64,000 bases of DNA from an uncultured Aliarcobacter sp. (GCA_963677435.1 OY781945.1:2976001-3040000); one strand, 5' to 3'; counted from the stretch's first letter, positions 29,436 through 39,947 are shown. Numbers and translations: made by a program. Notes: generated from the sequence alone by a model not told the origin.

Positions 29436-30263
29436 TTAAAAAGATTCTATTATAGAACCTTTATATTTTTCTTTAATAAATGTTCTAATATCTTCTGAAG
29501 TAATTGCTTCATCTAATGCTTTTATAGAATCTTTATTTTCATTTCCTTTTTTTACAACAATAATATTTGCATAAGGAGAATCTTTTGATTCTAAAACTAT
29601 TGCATCTGTTAATGGATTTAAATTTGCAGGAAGTGCATAGTTTGTATTAATAATAGCAGCATCAACTTCATCTAAAACTCTTGGTAATTGAGGAGCATCT
29701 AACTCTTTGATTTGTAGATTTTTTGGATTATTTACAATATCAACTATTGTTTTAAATGGAACATCTTTGAATGTTAAAAGACCTTGTTTAGCTAAAATAT
29801 CTAAAGCTCTACTTTCGTTTGTTGGGTCATTTGGAACAGCGATTGTTGCTCCATCTGCTAATTCACTTAATACTTTTATTTTATGTGAATATAATCCCAT
29901 TGGCTCTAAATGTACATTTACAGTTTTTACTAAATCTGTATTTTTATTTTTGTTAAACTCTTCTAAATATGGTAAATGTTGGAAGAAGTTTGCATCTAAT
30001 TCACCCTCATTTACTGCAATATTTGGAGTTACATAATCTGTAAACTCTACGATTTGTAAATCATAACCTTTTGCTTTTAATATAGGTTTAACAGCTTCTA
30101 ATATTTCCGCATGAGGAACTGGTGTTGCTCCAACTTTTATAACTATCTCTTTTTTCTCAACTTTTGTTTCTTTAACTTCTTTTGATTCTTTTGAATCATT
30201 ACAAGCACTAAATCCAAGTACCAAAGCACTTGCAAGTGTAAATTTTAAAATATTTTTAAACAT
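29436..30263 (-). CDS. metQ: Methionine ABC transporter substrate-binding lipoprotein (MetQ/NlpA)
   Basis: Lipobox FSAC; motifs GATPVPHAEIL, DANFFQHLPYL and PNDPTNESRAL; start reassigned to 30263. Confidence 0.92.
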   Translation of the reverse strand: MFKNILKFTLASALVLGFSACNDSKESKEVKETKVEKKEIVIKVGATPVPHAEILEAVKPILKAKGYDLQIVEFTDYVTPNIAVNEGELDANFFQHLPYLEEFNKNKNTDLVKTVNVHLEPMGLYSHKIKVLSELADGATIAVPNDPTNESRALDILAKQGLLTFKDVPFKTIVDIVNNPKNLQIKELDAPQLPRVLDEVDAAIINTNYALPANLNPLTDAIVLESKDSPYANIIVVKKGNENKDSIKALDEAITSEDIRTFIKEKYKGSIIESF

Positions 30264-30273
30264 AATTTTCCCT

Positions 30274-30912
30274 TTATTTTTTTGTAATTTTGTATAAATA
30301 ATTGCCCAAACTTTGAACAACTTGTACCAATGCAATTAAGATTAATACTGTATAAATCATTGTTTCAGTTTGAAATCTATAATAACCATATTTAATGGCA
30401 ACATCACCCAATCCTCCGCCACCAACAGCACCTGCCATTGCTGAAAATCCAATTACTGTAATCAAAGTTAAGGTAATTGCTGAGATGATAGAGGGAAGGG
30501 CTTCTACTAACATAATTTTGAATATAATTTGGAAATCACTTGCACCAAATGATTTCGCAGCTTGAATAACTCCAAAATCCACTTCTTTAAATGCACTTTC
30601 AATCAATCTTGCGATAAAAGGTGCAGCTCCAATTGTAAGAGGAATAATAGCAGCCGTTGTTCCAATACTTTTACCTATTAAAAATTTTGTAACAGGAAAT
30701 AAAACTATCATTAAAATAATAAAAGGAAAAGACCGTAAAGTGTTAATTACTACATCAAGAGTAGCATAAACTTTTAGGTTTTCTCTTAATCCATCTTTTG
30801 AAGTAAGTGTTAAGATAATTGCTAAAAAGAAACCTATCACTACAGCAAAAAGGGTAGATACAAATGACATATAAATAGTTTCGCCAAGTGCATTAAATAA
30901 AATATCTGTCAT
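30274..30912 (-). CDS. metI: Methionine ABC transporter permease
   Basis: RSFPFIIL and SAMAGAVGGGGLG; TAATG overlap with the metN stop. Confidence 0.93.
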   Translation of the reverse strand: MTDILFNALGETIYMSFVSTLFAVVIGFFLAIILTLTSKDGLRENLKVYATLDVVINTLRSFPFIILMIVLFPVTKFLIGKSIGTTAAIIPLTIGAAPFIARLIESAFKEVDFGVIQAAKSFGASDFQIIFKIMLVEALPSIISAITLTLITVIGFSAMAGAVGGGGLGDVAIKYGYYRFQTETMIYTVLILIALVQVVQSLGNYLYKITKK

Positions 30913-31868
30913 TATAATATCTCCCAAACAATATCATGTTCTTTTATATAATTAGTAACTAACTCTTTATCTTTCTCTTCAATATTTATAACCATATTTC
31001 CAATAATATGACCATTTATCTCTTCAAGTTTTCCCCATACAATATTAAAGTCCTTATCAAGTTCCCTTGCCATTTTGGTAATAAAAGATTGAAAAGCATT
31101 ATCTTTTGGAAAATAGATTTTTATATTAACTCCATCTTTTGGTACAACTTCTGTTTCACCTAAAAATTCTTTCATTTTAATATCTGGCTTTAAAAATAAC
31201 TCTTCTGTAGTATCAAAACCAATAATATTTCCATGCTCTAATAGAAGCGCTTTTTGAGCTATTTGTTTTACAACTTCCATTTCATGTGTCACTAAAATAA
31301 TAGTTATATTTAATTTCTCGTTTATCTGTTTTAATAGATTTAAAATAGATGTTGTAGTATTCGGATCAAGGGCAGAAGTTGCTTCATCTGAGAGTAAAAT
31401 ATCTGGGTCTAAAGTTAAAGCTCTTGCTATGGCAACCCTTTGTTTCTGCCCTCCACTTAATTGATTTGGATAAGAATCTATTTTCTCTTCTAAACCAACT
31501 AAAATCAATAAATCATTTACTTTTTTTAAAATCTCTTCTTTTTTATATCCCCATAATTGCATTGGTAAAGCAATATTTTCAAATACTGTTTTTCTTTGAA
31601 TCAGTGAAAAATGTTGAAATATCATTCCTACATTTTTTCTGAACTCTCTTAATTCATTTTTTTGTAAGTTTTTAATCTCTTTACCATTAACTATTAGTGA
31701 ACCATCAGTGTACTCTTCAAGTCCATTAATGCAACGCATTAATGTGGATTTTCCAGCACCACTATGTCCAACAATTGCAAAGATTTCACCTTTTTTTATG
31801 TCAATAGAAATATCATTTAAAACTTTAATATCACCATAGTGTTTGTTTAAATTTTTAATGTTAATCAA
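30912..31868 (-). CDS. metN: Methionine ABC transporter ATP-binding protein
   Basis: [18 protein letters not shown] and [10 protein letters not shown]-terminal NIL-like domain. Confidence 0.93.
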   Translation of the reverse strand: MINIKNLNKHYGDIKVLNDISIDIKKGEIFAIVGHSGAGKSTLMRCINGLEEYTDGSLIVNGKEIKNLQKNELREFRKNVGMIFQHFSLIQRKTVFENIALPMQLWGYKKEEILKKVNDLLILVGLEEKIDSYPNQLSGGQKQRVAIARALTLDPDILLSDEATSALDPNTTTSILNLLKQINEKLNITIILVTHEMEVVKQIAQKALLLEHGNIIGFDTTEELFLKPDIKMKEFLGETEVVPKDGVNIKIYFPKDNAFQSFITKMARELDKDFNIVWGKLEEINGHIIGNMVINIEEKDKELVTNYIKEHDIVWEIL

Positions 31869-31998
31869 TTTTTATCCTTAATAAGAGCCGCAATAATATA
31901 GAAAAATGAATAAGATATGAGTTAAAGTATAATTATTGAGTGCTTTATTGAAATTTATTTGCAATTAGTAGAATAGAAGAAGTGTAAATACACTTCTT

Positions 31999-33327
31999 CT
32001 ATTCATTCATTGAGTTAAAGAAATCTTCGTTATTTTTAGTTTTTTGCATTTTTGAATATAAGAATTTAAGAGCTTCAACTTCATCCATTTGAGAAATTGC
32101 ATTTCTTAAAATCCAAGTTTTTTGTAGAACATCAGGAGTAAGAAGTAACTCTTCTTTTCTAGTTCCAGATTTTGTAATATCAAGAGCTGGGTAAACTCTT
32201 TTATTTGCTGCATTTCTTGAAAGTACAACTTCACTATTACCAGTTCCTTTGAACTCTTCAAAAATTACTTCATCCATTTTCGAACCAGTTTCAATAAGTG
32301 CAGTTGAAATGATTGTTAAACTTCCACCCTCTTCTATATTTCTTGCAGCTCCAAAAAATCTTTTTGGTTTATGTAATGCATTTGCATCAACCCCACCTGA
32401 AAGTACTTTTCCAGAACTTGGTGTTACTGTATTATATGCTCGTGCAAGTCTAGTGATTGAATCTAATAAGATAACTACATCTTTTTTCATTTCTACAAGT
32501 CTTTTTGCTTTTTCAATTACAATTTCAGCAACTCTTACATGATTATGTGCAGGTAAATCAAAAGTTGAAGAATAAACTTCACCTCTTACACTTCTTTGCA
32601 TATCTGTAACCTCTTCTGGTCTTTCATCAATTAATAAAACCATTAATGTAACTTCAGGATGATTTCTACTAATTGCATGAGCTAACTCTTTTAAAAGTTC
32701 AGTTTTACCAGTTTTGGGAGGTGCAACAATAAGTCCTCTTTGACCTTTACCCATAGGAGCGAATAAATCAAGCATTCTTCCTGTCATTCTTGTAGATTCA
32801 TATTCAAAGTTAAATCTTTTTGTTGAGTATAAAGGAGTTAAGTTATCAAATAAAGGTCTGTTTTTTGATTCTTTTACGGGTAGATAATTTATTGCTTCTA
32901 TTTTTAATAAAGCATTATATTTTTCACTCTCTTTGTTTGGAGGTCTAACTTGTCCAGAAACAATATCCCCAGTTCTTAGTGCAAACTTTCTAATTTGAGT
33001 TGCACTTACATAAGAGTCATTTGATGTATCAGAAAAGTTACCATCTATTGCTCTTAAAAATCCAAATCCACCCTCTTTAATCTCTAAGATACCAGTAAAT
33101 AAAATAAAACCACCTGCATCGATTTGTGATTTTAAAATTGTAAACATTAAATCTTGTCGTTTTAGTTCTTGAGGGTTTTCTACATCGAGTTCATTTGCTA
33201 TATTTATAAGTGTTTCTAAAGGGAATTCCCTTAGTTGTTCAATCTTATAACCTTCAACAGGAATATGCGTTCTTGCCTTCTTTGAAGCTGCGGTTTTTGT
33301 TTTAGTTTCTTCTTTAGACTCTTCCAT
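31999..33327 (-). CDS. rho: Transcription termination factor Rho
   Basis: Motifs [24 protein letters not shown] and [10 protein letters not shown]. Confidence 0.98.
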   Translation of the reverse strand: MEESKEETKTKTAASKKARTHIPVEGYKIEQLREFPLETLINIANELDVENPQELKRQDLMFTILKSQIDAGGFILFTGILEIKEGGFGFLRAIDGNFSDTSNDSYVSATQIRKFALRTGDIVSGQVRPPNKESEKYNALLKIEAINYLPVKESKNRPLFDNLTPLYSTKRFNFEYESTRMTGRMLDLFAPMGKGQRGLIVAPPKTGKTELLKELAHAISRNHPEVTLMVLLIDERPEEVTDMQRSVRGEVYSSTFDLPAHNHVRVAEIVIEKAKRLVEMKKDVVILLDSITRLARAYNTVTPSSGKVLSGGVDANALHKPKRFFGAARNIEEGGSLTIISTALIETGSKMDEVIFEEFKGTGNSEVVLSRNAANKRVYPALDITKSGTRKEELLLTPDVLQKTWILRNAISQMDEVEALKFLYSKMQKTKNNEDFFNSMNE

Positions 33328-33406
33328 GAGTGTTTTTTACCTTTGATTTTACATAAGTTTATGTAGTTATTGTAGTTTTTGTAGTTTTTATTAAAGTATT
33401 GGCGTT

Positions 33407-33435
33407 ATTGTAGTGATAATTTCAAAAATTGTCAA
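33407..33435 (-). promoter_or_regulatory. Sigma70 promoter of rho
   Basis: Minus strand reads TTGACA (33435-33430), a 17-nt spacer, then TACAAT (33412-33407). Confidence 0.75.
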
Positions 33436-33451
33436 TAAAAAGACTTTACAT

Positions 33452-33486
33452 AAAAAAAGGTATCAAAAAAAAATTTGATACCTTTT
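33452..33486 (-). terminator. Intrinsic terminator of ahpC
   Basis: AAAAGGTATCAAA/TTTGATACCTTTT stem with a T-tail on the minus strand. Confidence 0.75.
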
Positions 33487-33508
33487 ACTTATATAATATA
33501 GTTAAATA

Positions 33509-34105
33509 TTATAATTTACCTTCGTTTTTAGCTAAATATTCAGCAACACCAGAAGTAGAAGCTTTCATACCTTCGTCACCTTTAGTCCATCCAGCAGGAC
33601 AAACTTCACCATGCTCATTTGTAAATAACATTGTATCTACCATTCTGATCATTTCATCAATGTTTCTTCCTAATGGTAAGTCATTAATTACTGCGTGTCT
33701 TACTGTTCCATCTGCATCAATTAAGAATGATCCTCTTAATGCTACTGATTCTCCAAATAATACATCGTAATCTCTTGAAATTGATTTTGATAAGTCTGCT
33801 ACTAATGGAAATTTAACTCTTCCAATTCCACCATTTTCAACAGCAGTTTCTCTCCATGCAAAGTGTGAGAATTGTGAATCAACTGAACAACCAATTACAG
33901 ATACTCCTCTTGAAGTGAAATCTTCAATTCTTTTTGAGAACGCAATAATTTCAGATGGACAAACAAATGTAAAGTCTAATGGATAGAAAAATAATACTGC
34001 ACCTTTTTCACCAATGTTTTCATATAAGTTAAAATTTTCTACAATTTGACCATCTGCAAGTACAGCTTTTGCTGTAAAATCTGGAGCTTTTTTTGTTACT
34101 AACAT
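33509..34105 (-). CDS. ahpC: 2-Cys peroxiredoxin (alkyl hydroperoxide reductase C)
   Basis: FYPLDFTFVCPSE and GEVCPAGW; start set at MLVTKKAPDF. Confidence 0.96.
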   Translation of the reverse strand: MLVTKKAPDFTAKAVLADGQIVENFNLYENIGEKGAVLFFYPLDFTFVCPSEIIAFSKRIEDFTSRGVSVIGCSVDSQFSHFAWRETAVENGGIGRVKFPLVADLSKSISRDYDVLFGESVALRGSFLIDADGTVRHAVINDLPLGRNIDEMIRMVDTMLFTNEHGEVCPAGWTKGDEGMKASTSGVAEYLAKNEGKL

Positions 34106-34366
34106 ATTTTTTTTCCTTTTAAATAATAATTCATGTACAAAATTATATAACAATTTTTTTAAAACAAACTGTGACTTTCCTTAAATTTTTAAATTTTTAA
34201 AAACTATTATCTTAAGATAAAGTTTATCCTTTTATTGTTCTTACATTAACGAATAAGTATTCATTTATTACAATAAAGCATTTAAAGAATGATAACTTCT
34301 ATATTTTAAAGATAATTTTATATTTACTGTGATAAAGTTTTCTAAATTTTAATTAGGAGATATACT

Positions 34367-34642
34367 ATGGCAGTAAAAATTACTGATATTTGTATTAGTT
34401 GTGATGCTTGTTTAGATGAGTGTCCAGTAGAAGCGATTGTTGACAATGATGAAAATCCAACAGGGGCAGATACATATTATGTATACGCTGACAAATGTGT
34501 TGAGTGTGTAGGTCATAATGATGCTCCTGCATGTGCTGATGCATGTCCTACTGAAGGGTGTATTGTTTGGGATGAAACTGGTTCTAGTTCAGTTGAAAGA
34601 GAAGACAGAGGAGCTGTTGGTTCTCCTGTAGTTGAAGACTAA
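34367..34642 (+). CDS. fdxA: 2[4Fe-4S] ferredoxin
   Basis: CISCDACLDECP and CVECVGH...CADACP; divergent from ahpC as in Campylobacter. Confidence 0.92.
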   Translation: MAVKITDICISCDACLDECPVEAIVDNDENPTGADTYYVYADKCVECVGHNDAPACADACPTEGCIVWDETGSSSVEREDRGAVGSPVVED

Positions 34643-34663
34643 TTTTAACTAATTTTTTATAGT

Positions 34664-34702
34664 AAAAAAGGCGAGTAGTTTAATACTACTTGCCTTTTTT
34701 TT
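34664..34702 (+). terminator. Intrinsic terminator after the ferredoxin gene
   Basis: AAAAAGGCGAGTAGT...ACTACTTGCCTTTTTTTT. Confidence 0.8.
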
Positions 34703-34751
34703 ATTTTTTAGGTATAATCCGCGACTTAAAAAAAATCGAGGAATATAAGTA

Positions 34752-35165
34752 ATGGAACAAACATTATCAATCATTAAACCAGACGCTGTAGCAAAAAATG
34801 TAGTTGGGAAAATCTTAGACAGATTTGAATCAGCTGGATTAAAAATTGCAGCAACTAGAAAAATGCAATTAAGCAAAGCTGACGCTGAAGCTTTTTACGC
34901 AGTTCATGCAGCAAGACCTTTCTTTAAAGATTTAGTTGAATTCATGATCTCAGGTCCAGTAGTAGTTTCAGTTTTAGAAGGTGAAAATGCAATGGCAATA
35001 AATAGAGAATTAATGGGTGCTACTAATCCTAAAGAAGCAGCAGCTGGAACAATTAGAGCAGATTTTGCTGAGTCAATTGATGCAAATGCTGTTCATGGTT
35101 CTGATTCATTAGAAAATGCAGCAAATGAGATTAATTTCTTCTTTGCACAAAAAGAAATTTGTTAA
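34752..35165 (+). CDS. ndk: Nucleoside diphosphate kinase
   Basis: Motifs IIKPDAV, GTIRADF and NAVHGSDS. Confidence 0.98.
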   Translation: MEQTLSIIKPDAVAKNVVGKILDRFESAGLKIAATRKMQLSKADAEAFYAVHAARPFFKDLVEFMISGPVVVSVLEGENAMAINRELMGATNPKEAAAGTIRADFAESIDANAVHGSDSLENAANEINFFFAQKEIC

Positions 35166-35191
35166 TTAACTATTAATAAATAAATTTTATA

Positions 35192-35569
35192 ATGAAAATT
35201 GAATTTAGAAAAGTTCCACAAATAGAGAAAGAATTGGAGTTTATCTCCAATTCAGTTAAAATTGAAGGTACTTTTTGTAGAATATCGCAATCATTAGTGA
35301 AAATTGATGCTGTACTAAAAGGCAGTACTGAAATTGATTGTTGTAGATGCGGGAAAACTGAAGAGATTGAAGTTGATGAAGAACTTCATTTATTATTAAG
35401 TGATGGCATTTATAAAAGTGATGAAAGTGAATTTTTGGTAATAGAAGTTGAAAACAATTTAATTGATTTTGATGAAATAATTCAAAGTGAATTAAATAGT
35501 ATCAAAAGTGATTATTACATGTGTGACGATTGTTCACAACTTGGTGATAATTTTGAAAAAGAATTTTAA
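35192..35569 (+). CDS. YceD/DUF177-family protein
   Basis: CxRC and CxxC motifs; conserved position upstream of rpmF. Confidence 0.8.
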   Translation: MKIEFRKVPQIEKELEFISNSVKIEGTFCRISQSLVKIDAVLKGSTEIDCCRCGKTEEIEVDEELHLLLSDGIYKSDESEFLVIEVENNLIDFDEIIQSELNSIKSDYYMCDDCSQLGDNFEKEF

Positions 35570-35580
35570 GGAGAATTAAA

Positions 35581-35733
35581 ATGGCAGTACCTAAGAGAAG
35601 AGTATCTCATACTAGATCAGCAAAAAGAAGAACTCACTACAAAATAACATTAAAAAAACCTGTTAAAGATAGTGATGGAACTTGGAAAATGCCTCACATG
35701 GTTAATCCAACTACTGGTGAATATAAAAACTAA
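35581..35733 (+). CDS. rpmF: 50S ribosomal protein L32 (absent from the ORF track)
   Basis: [50 protein letters not shown], 50 aa; AAGGAG RBS; TAATG overlap with plsX. Confidence 0.97.
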   Translation: MAVPKRRVSHTRSAKRRTHYKITLKKPVKDSDGTWKMPHMVNPTTGEYKN

Positions 35734-36737
35734 TGCTAAGAATTGCAATAGATGCTATGGGTGGGGACTTCGGTCCTGAACCTATAATAGAAGGCTTATT
35801 AGCCGCTCTACGAAAAAACAACAATTTTACTGCTATCGCAGTTGGTAAAAAAGATGAACTTTTACCTATAATTCCACAAATTTTTTTATCAAGAATTGAA
35901 ATACTAGATACAGATGATGTAATTAGTATGAGTGATTCTGCTACTGATGCACTAAAAAGAAAAGAATCAACTATTTATAAAGCAATTGAACTTGTTCGTG
36001 ATGGAAAAGCTGATGCCGTAGTTTCAGCTGGTCATTCAGGAGCAACTATGTCTTTAGCAACACTTAGAATCGGAAGAATCAAAGGTGTAAGTAGACCTGC
36101 AATTGCTACATTAATGCCTACAAGCGAAAACCAAAATACTTTGGTATTAGATGTTGGAGCAAATGTAGATAGTGATGCAAAAAATCTTTTTGAATTTGCA
36201 ATAATGGGACAAGTTTATGCTCAATACGCATTAAGACTTGATGAACCTATTGTTGGACTTTTAAGTAATGGTGAAGAAGATAGTAAAGGTAATGAAGTTA
36301 CAAAAGAAGCTTACAAATTAATATCAAAACTTCCTAATTTTGCTGGAAATGTTGAGGGTAGTGATATCTTTAAAGGTACAGTTGATGTTGTTGTTTGTGA
36401 TGGTTTTGTTGGTAATATTTTACTTAAAACAGCCGAAGGTGTTGCAGACACAATCGGGAAAATTATTAAGAAAAATTTAAAAAGATCACTAATTTCAATA
36501 GCTGGTGCAGTTCTTATGAGAAAAGTTTTCAAAAACTTAAAAGTAAGAGTTGATTATGCTGAATATGGTGGGGCGCCTTTACTTGGAGTAAAAGCACCTG
36601 TAATTATTGCACATGGAAAATCAAATCCAAAAGCAATACAAAATGCTATATTTCAAGCTATAAATGCAGCTAGTTCAAATTTAGATAATATAATTGAACA
36701 AAGATTAGTAAAATATAGCAATAATCAAGAAATTTAA
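35733..36737 (+). CDS. plsX: Phosphate acyltransferase PlsX
   Basis: Motifs [20 protein letters not shown] and VCDGFVGNI. Confidence 0.97.
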   Translation: MLRIAIDAMGGDFGPEPIIEGLLAALRKNNNFTAIAVGKKDELLPIIPQIFLSRIEILDTDDVISMSDSATDALKRKESTIYKAIELVRDGKADAVVSAGHSGATMSLATLRIGRIKGVSRPAIATLMPTSENQNTLVLDVGANVDSDAKNLFEFAIMGQVYAQYALRLDEPIVGLLSNGEEDSKGNEVTKEAYKLISKLPNFAGNVEGSDIFKGTVDVVVCDGFVGNILLKTAEGVADTIGKIIKKNLKRSLISIAGAVLMRKVFKNLKVRVDYAEYGGAPLLGVKAPVIIAHGKSNPKAIQNAIFQAINAASSNLDNIIEQRLVKYSNNQEI

Positions 36738-36768
36738 TTATTGTTATATTCAATTTAAGGATATGTAA

Positions 36769-37770
36769 ATGACATATGCAGCTTTTAGATCTATTGGAGC
36801 TTATATTCCTCCAAAGATTATGACGAATGCAGATTTTGAAAAAATTATTGATACAAGTGATGAGTGGATAACAAAAAGAACTGGTATCAAAGAAAGAAGA
36901 ATATCTGAAGTTGATGAAGCTTCATCTGATTTAGGGGCAAGAGCAGCAGAAGTTGCTATTTCAAGATCTGGTATTTCTAAAGAAGAAATAGATTTAGTTA
37001 TTTGTGCAACAGTAACGCCAGATTATTTATGTATGCCATCAACTGCATGTTTAATTGCAGCAAAACTTGGATTACCAAATGTAATGGCATATGATATAAG
37101 TGCAGCATGTACAGGATTTGTATACGCAGTTTCAATTGCTAAAGCATTTATTGAATCAGGTATGAAAAAAAATGTACTGATTATTGGTGCAGAAACATAC
37201 TCTTCAATTCTTGATTACACAGATAGAGGTACTTGTTTTATTTTTGGAGATGGTGCAGGAGCTGCAATTATTTCTGCTACATCAGATAAAAATGAAGCAA
37301 TTATTGATGTAAATTGTTCAAGTGATGGTAACTATGAAGATTTAATTAAAACTCCAGGAGGAGGAAGTAAACATCCTTGTTCTGCTGAAGTTTTAGAAAA
37401 TAAGATGGCATGCATAAAAATGAAAGGTAATGAAACTTTCAAACTTGCTGTTAAAACATTAACATCAGATGTTAAAATAATGATGCAAAAACATAATCTT
37501 TCAAATGAGGATATAAAACATTTTATTCCTCATCAAGCAAACTATAGAATCATAAAAGCTGTAGGTGAAGCTTTAGGGTTTAATGAAGAACAAACTGTAG
37601 TTACTGTAGATAAATATGGTAATACTTCAGCTGCATCAATTCCTATGGCTATGAACTATGCTTATGAAGAGGGTAGAATAAAAGCAGGTGATACTGTACT
37701 TTTTGATGCCTTTGGTGGTGGATTAACTTGGGGTTCAGCTCTATTTAGATTCTCACCTAAAAAATCTTAA
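36769..37770 (+). CDS. fabH: Beta-ketoacyl-ACP synthase III
   Basis: Motifs DTSDEWI, AACTGF, PHQAN, YGNTSAAS and FGGGLTWG. Confidence 0.97.
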   Translation: MTYAAFRSIGAYIPPKIMTNADFEKIIDTSDEWITKRTGIKERRISEVDEASSDLGARAAEVAISRSGISKEEIDLVICATVTPDYLCMPSTACLIAAKLGLPNVMAYDISAACTGFVYAVSIAKAFIESGMKKNVLIIGAETYSSILDYTDRGTCFIFGDGAGAAIISATSDKNEAIIDVNCSSDGNYEDLIKTPGGGSKHPCSAEVLENKMACIKMKGNETFKLAVKTLTSDVKIMMQKHNLSNEDIKHFIPHQANYRIIKAVGEALGFNEEQTVVTVDKYGNTSAASIPMAMNYAYEEGRIKAGDTVLFDAFGGGLTWGSALFRFSPKKS

Positions 37771-37798
37771 TATTTGGGAAATCCCAAATATTTTTCTT
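37769..37798 (+). terminator. Terminator after fabH
   Basis: AATATTTGGGA-AA-TCCCAAATATT followed by a T-run. Confidence 0.65.
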
Positions 37799-37818
37799 GA
37801 AAACTTTATAAATTTCTT

Positions 37819-38139
37819 CTACATATACTGTACTAAAACCATATAAAAAATTGTTCCTAAGAAAATCGAAATCAAATAGTTTTTAAATATTAGATGTAAA
37901 ATTGCAGTAATTAAAATACTTCCTATCTCTTTTAATCCATAGGGAACCAATGAAAAATTCACATCTTTTAATGTATAAACAACTAATATTGTCATTATAA
38001 CAGCAGGAAAATATTTCTCAATAAATACTAAATAATGAGGTAAATCTTTTTTTCTAAAAAACAAAAAAGGTAGTGCTCTCATAAAATAACTTATGCTTGA
38101 CATAATAGCTATAGCTATAAATATTTCATAATTATTCAT
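37819..38139 (-). CDS. azlD: AzlD-family branched-chain amino acid export small subunit
   Basis: RALPFLFF and SIFLGT; coupled to azlC. Confidence 0.8.
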   Translation of the reverse strand: MNNYEIFIAIAIMSSISYFMRALPFLFFRKKDLPHYLVFIEKYFPAVIMTILVVYTLKDVNFSLVPYGLKEIGSILITAILHLIFKNYLISIFLGTIFYMVLVQYM

Positions 38140-38818
38140 TTTCTATTTTTCTTTCAAAAGTAAACATTAATACCAAAGATAAAATAATAGAAGCAATTAA
38201 CATTTTATCACTTGTGACAAAAATAAGTGCAAAAATAGAAGAGATTAAAGCCAAAATAAAAGGAGCAATATTTTGCAAGTTTTTGTATTGTTCAATACAA
38301 AGTACCACAAAAAGTGCTGTTAAAGAAAACTCTAAACCTTGAGTATTAAATTTAAGATTAACACCTATTAATGCACCTAAAGTAGAACCTACAATCCAAT
38401 AAAACTGACTAAAACTAAGCAGAAAAAAGTAATACCATTTTTTATTCAAACTCTCATCATCTTTAATTGAAGTCAATAAGGCATAGGTTTCATCAGTTAG
38501 GGCAAAAATAAGATAGGGTTTTAATTTATCTGTATTTTTAAATCTTTTTAATAAAGATAAACCATAAAAAGATTGTCTAATATTTATAAATACAGAAGCA
38601 ATTGCAATATCAACAAAACCAGCTTTTATATTAAAAAAGTTTATTGCAACAAACTGTAAAGCACCCGTATATATGAAAAAAGACATAATAGGTGCTAAAT
38701 ACCAAGAATAATCAAAAGAGACTAATAACAAGCCAAAAGCAAAACCTAAAACTAAATATCCCATCATAATAGGAATAGAGATTTTGAACGCTTTTACTAA
38801 TTCATTTTTATATTTCAA
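38132..38818 (-). CDS. azlC: AzlC-family branched-chain amino acid export permease
   Basis: Motifs YTGALQF, NIRQSFYG and LTDETYA. Confidence 0.9.
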   Translation of the reverse strand: MKYKNELVKAFKISIPIMMGYLVLGFAFGLLLVSFDYSWYLAPIMSFFIYTGALQFVAINFFNIKAGFVDIAIASVFINIRQSFYGLSLLKRFKNTDKLKPYLIFALTDETYALLTSIKDDESLNKKWYYFFLLSFSQFYWIVGSTLGALIGVNLKFNTQGLEFSLTALFVVLCIEQYKNLQNIAPFILALISSIFALIFVTSDKMLIASIILSLVLMFTFERKIENE

Positions 38819-38833
38819 TTTTAGTTTTACCTA

Positions 38834-39268
38834 TTAATTGAATTTTTTATTATTAGGATTATTTTTAAATACATTAAAAGAGTTTTTCTTCAAATTTCTA
38901 TTAAATTTATCAACTGTTGCAACTGAATTTATATATAAAATTGATTCATCAACAACTATTTGGAAAACTGCATGTAAAGGAATTTTTACAACACATCCAA
39001 AATTCTCATTTCCAAATCCTGCTTCAAAACTAAGATATTCATCATCAACTTGAACTGTAGTGTATGTATAATTACTCAAAATAAATAAAGAAAACTTATG
39101 CATTTGATCTTTTATAACTTTTGGAAGCTCTGGTGTAAAACTAATTGGCTCTAAATTTGCAGTTATTGAAAACTCTTGATTCTTATGTAATAAGAACAAA
39201 ATGTTCTCTTTTATTTGTCGTTCAACTAATTCTTTATATTCGTTATTTTCTATTATATCTTTTATCAT
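38834..39268 (-). CDS. Conserved hypothetical protein, possibly SspB-like fold
   Basis: DDEYLSFEAGFG...VVKIPLHAVFQI resembles the SspB core. Confidence 0.5.
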   Translation of the reverse strand: MIKDIIENNEYKELVERQIKENILFLLHKNQEFSITANLEPISFTPELPKVIKDQMHKFSLFILSNYTYTTVQVDDEYLSFEAGFGNENFGCVVKIPLHAVFQIVVDESILYINSVATVDKFNRNLKKNSFNVFKNNPNNKKFN

Positions 39269-39308
39269 AATTAATACCTATTTCAAAAATTTAATGTTAT
39301 TATAGCTC

Positions 39309-39947
39309 ATGAAACAAATTATTTTCCTTATTTTACTGATAAATTATAGTTTTGCCTACGAATTTAAATTAAACCAAAAAGATATAAATTATATAAATAA
39401 TTCAGATAAAAAATCATTCATTGTGAATAGATTAACTAAATATGAAGAATTAAAAATCAAAATAAAAGATTATGATCTTATTAGAAAACTTTCCCATGTG
39501 AACTCTTTTATAAATAAAATATTTCCAGCTCTTGATATATCAACTCAAGCTTCTATTGATTATTGGGCAACGCCAAAAGAGTTTTTACTAGAGGGTCATG
39601 GAGATTGTGAGGATTATGCAATTGCTAAATATTTTACTCTTTTAGAAATTGGTATTCCAAAAGAAAAATTATATTTCGCTATTGTAAATATAAAAGGCGA
39701 AAAAACAGCACATATGGTTTTATTATATTTAGAGAATAAAAACTCTACTCCTTTAGTTTTAGATAACTTAAGTTCAGTTGTTATTCCCTTTACAAAAAGA
39801 CCAAAACTTATTCCAAAAGTTGCTTTTAATGAAATTGATTCGTATGTATTTACTCCAACAAAATTTACAAAAAAAGCAAATATAAATTGGGGAAAAGAAA
39901 ATAAGTGGGAAAAACTTTTAAATAGAGTTTATAATTTAAATGAATAA
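39309..39947 (+). CDS. Transglutaminase-like cysteine peptidase (BTLCP/C93, LapG-like)
   Basis: Motifs DYWATPKEF, GDCEDYAIAKY, HMVL and VLDNL; signal peptide. Confidence 0.9.
   Translation: MKQIIFLILLINYSFAYEFKLNQKDINYINNSDKKSFIVNRLTKYEELKIKIKDYDLIRKLSHVNSFINKIFPALDISTQASIDYWATPKEFLLEGHGDCEDYAIAKYFTLLEIGIPKEKLYFAIVNIKGEKTAHMVLLYLENKNSTPLVLDNLSSVVIPFTKRPKLIPKVAFNEIDSYVFTPTKFTKKANINWGKENKWEKLLNRVYNLNE

Noticed and set aside
31869..31998. SAM or methionine riboswitch upstream of metN
   Set aside because: The region is only 130 bp and AT-rich with no recognisable aptamer; the one hairpin (31971-32004) overlaps the rho stop and is better read as a 3'-end structure
33362..33386. Short tandem repeats as a CRISPR array or iterons
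   Set aside because: Only three 9-nt units with no spacers, cas or rep genes; no CRISPR array is visible anywhere in the window
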